DNA of 64,000 nt from Eutreptiella sp. 'Long Island Sound 2002' (Eukaryota; Protista; Euglenida): the NCBI GenBank assembly GCA_964036045.1, contig OZ038379.1, positions 32,860,001-32,924,000 on the forward strand, written 5' to 3'. Below the pieces are notes generated by a model. That model was not told the origin of the DNA. It saw nothing but the letters and a program-made list of their open reading frames with translations, and made no database searches. The translations under genes and the position numbers were made by a program. Shown in pieces: positions 63,701 through 64,000 of the stretch (its first letter is position 1; each line of letters begins with the position of its first letter).

Positions 63701-64000
63701 GCCAATCGATGATACCCTGGGAAGCCATATGGGATTGCGTGAATTCGGAGCCCCTCCCCGTGAAGCGGTCCAGTCGTTGTAGCATTTCCGATGTGTCCAA
63801 CGGCCGGACTGCCAGATCCCGTTACTCCGGCCGGAGGCAAATCCACACCCAGTGCCGCTCGATGAGCCCGTGCCCCTTGCAGGTCTTGCAGGGTCCCACT
63901 TGGGCGGAATATGATCCGACCCACTCTCCTTTATGCACCTCGAAGGATCCAACTCCATCTACCACTTTAAACCAACATAGCATGACCTTTTTAAGACGCC
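36227..64000. repeat. Head-to-tail tandem array of a 1,419-1,427-bp retrotransposon fragment, at least 19.5 copies, continuing past the window end
   Basis: Units start at about 36227, 37652, 39075, 40502, 41925, 43349, 44770, 46192, 47618, 49041, 50460, 51883, 53305, 54727, 56153, 57578, 58998, 60424, 61847 and 63272. Copies differ by a few SNPs and by poly-C length. Confidence 0.98.
36777..37651 (-). pseudogene. C-terminal part of a gag-like ORF1 with a C-x2-C-x8-H-x4-C knuckle (copy in unit 1; repeated in every unit)
   Basis: Frame GFTGTKEAL...LLEG*AALINSLSDKVNNLSE...PCKTCKGHGLIERHWVWICLRPE*; internal TAG at 37485-37487; lies directly upstream of YR. Confidence 0.6.

Larger units (their letters stand above)
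30430..64000 (-). mobile_element. Decayed tyrosine-recombinase retrotransposon, order gag-like -> YR -> RT -> RNase H (VIPER/TATE-like arrangement), with a nested insertion and an internal tandem amplification; 5' end outside the window
   Basis: Collinear same-strand gag Zn-knuckle, YR, DIRS-type RT and RNase H motifs (see component features). Confidence 0.85.

Noticed and set aside
36281-63958. Alternative-frame ORFs repeated in each unit (MELDPSRC..., MERRTFSP..., MDDQTSSQ..., MLTLSER..., MGRIIFRP...) as genes
   Set aside because: They overlap the gag/YR frame, have no motifs, and recur only because the DNA is repeated.
36227-64000. Bacterial integron, shufflon or prophage integrase array
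   Set aside because: Units are near-identical rather than diverse cassettes, no attC or inversion sites were seen, and the YR is linked to DIRS-type RT/RNase H.

Overview
Repeat-rich, intron-containing eukaryotic DNA; a euglenozoan host is plausible but only inferred. Bases 1-30 kb are mostly hairpin-forming minisatellites, microsatellites and decayed LINE reverse-transcriptase remnants. They also hold two exons of a secreted/ER thioredoxin-fold gene (PDI family, TMX3-like, WCSHC) on the minus strand and a tentative 5-exon hypothetical gene. From about 30.4 kb to the window end lies one decayed tyrosine-recombinase (YR) retrotransposon on the minus strand, ordered gag-like (Zn knuckle) -> YR -> RT -> RNase H. 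Its RT is split by a 3,200-bp nested insertion with a perfect 9-bp target-site duplication. A 1.42-kb piece of it (gag C-terminus plus the non-catalytic N-terminal part of YR) is amplified head-to-tail at least 19.5 times (36,227 to beyond 64,000), with in-frame junctions. Most ORFs in the six-frame track are repeat artefacts. All product calls rest on motifs read by eye; no database searches were run.
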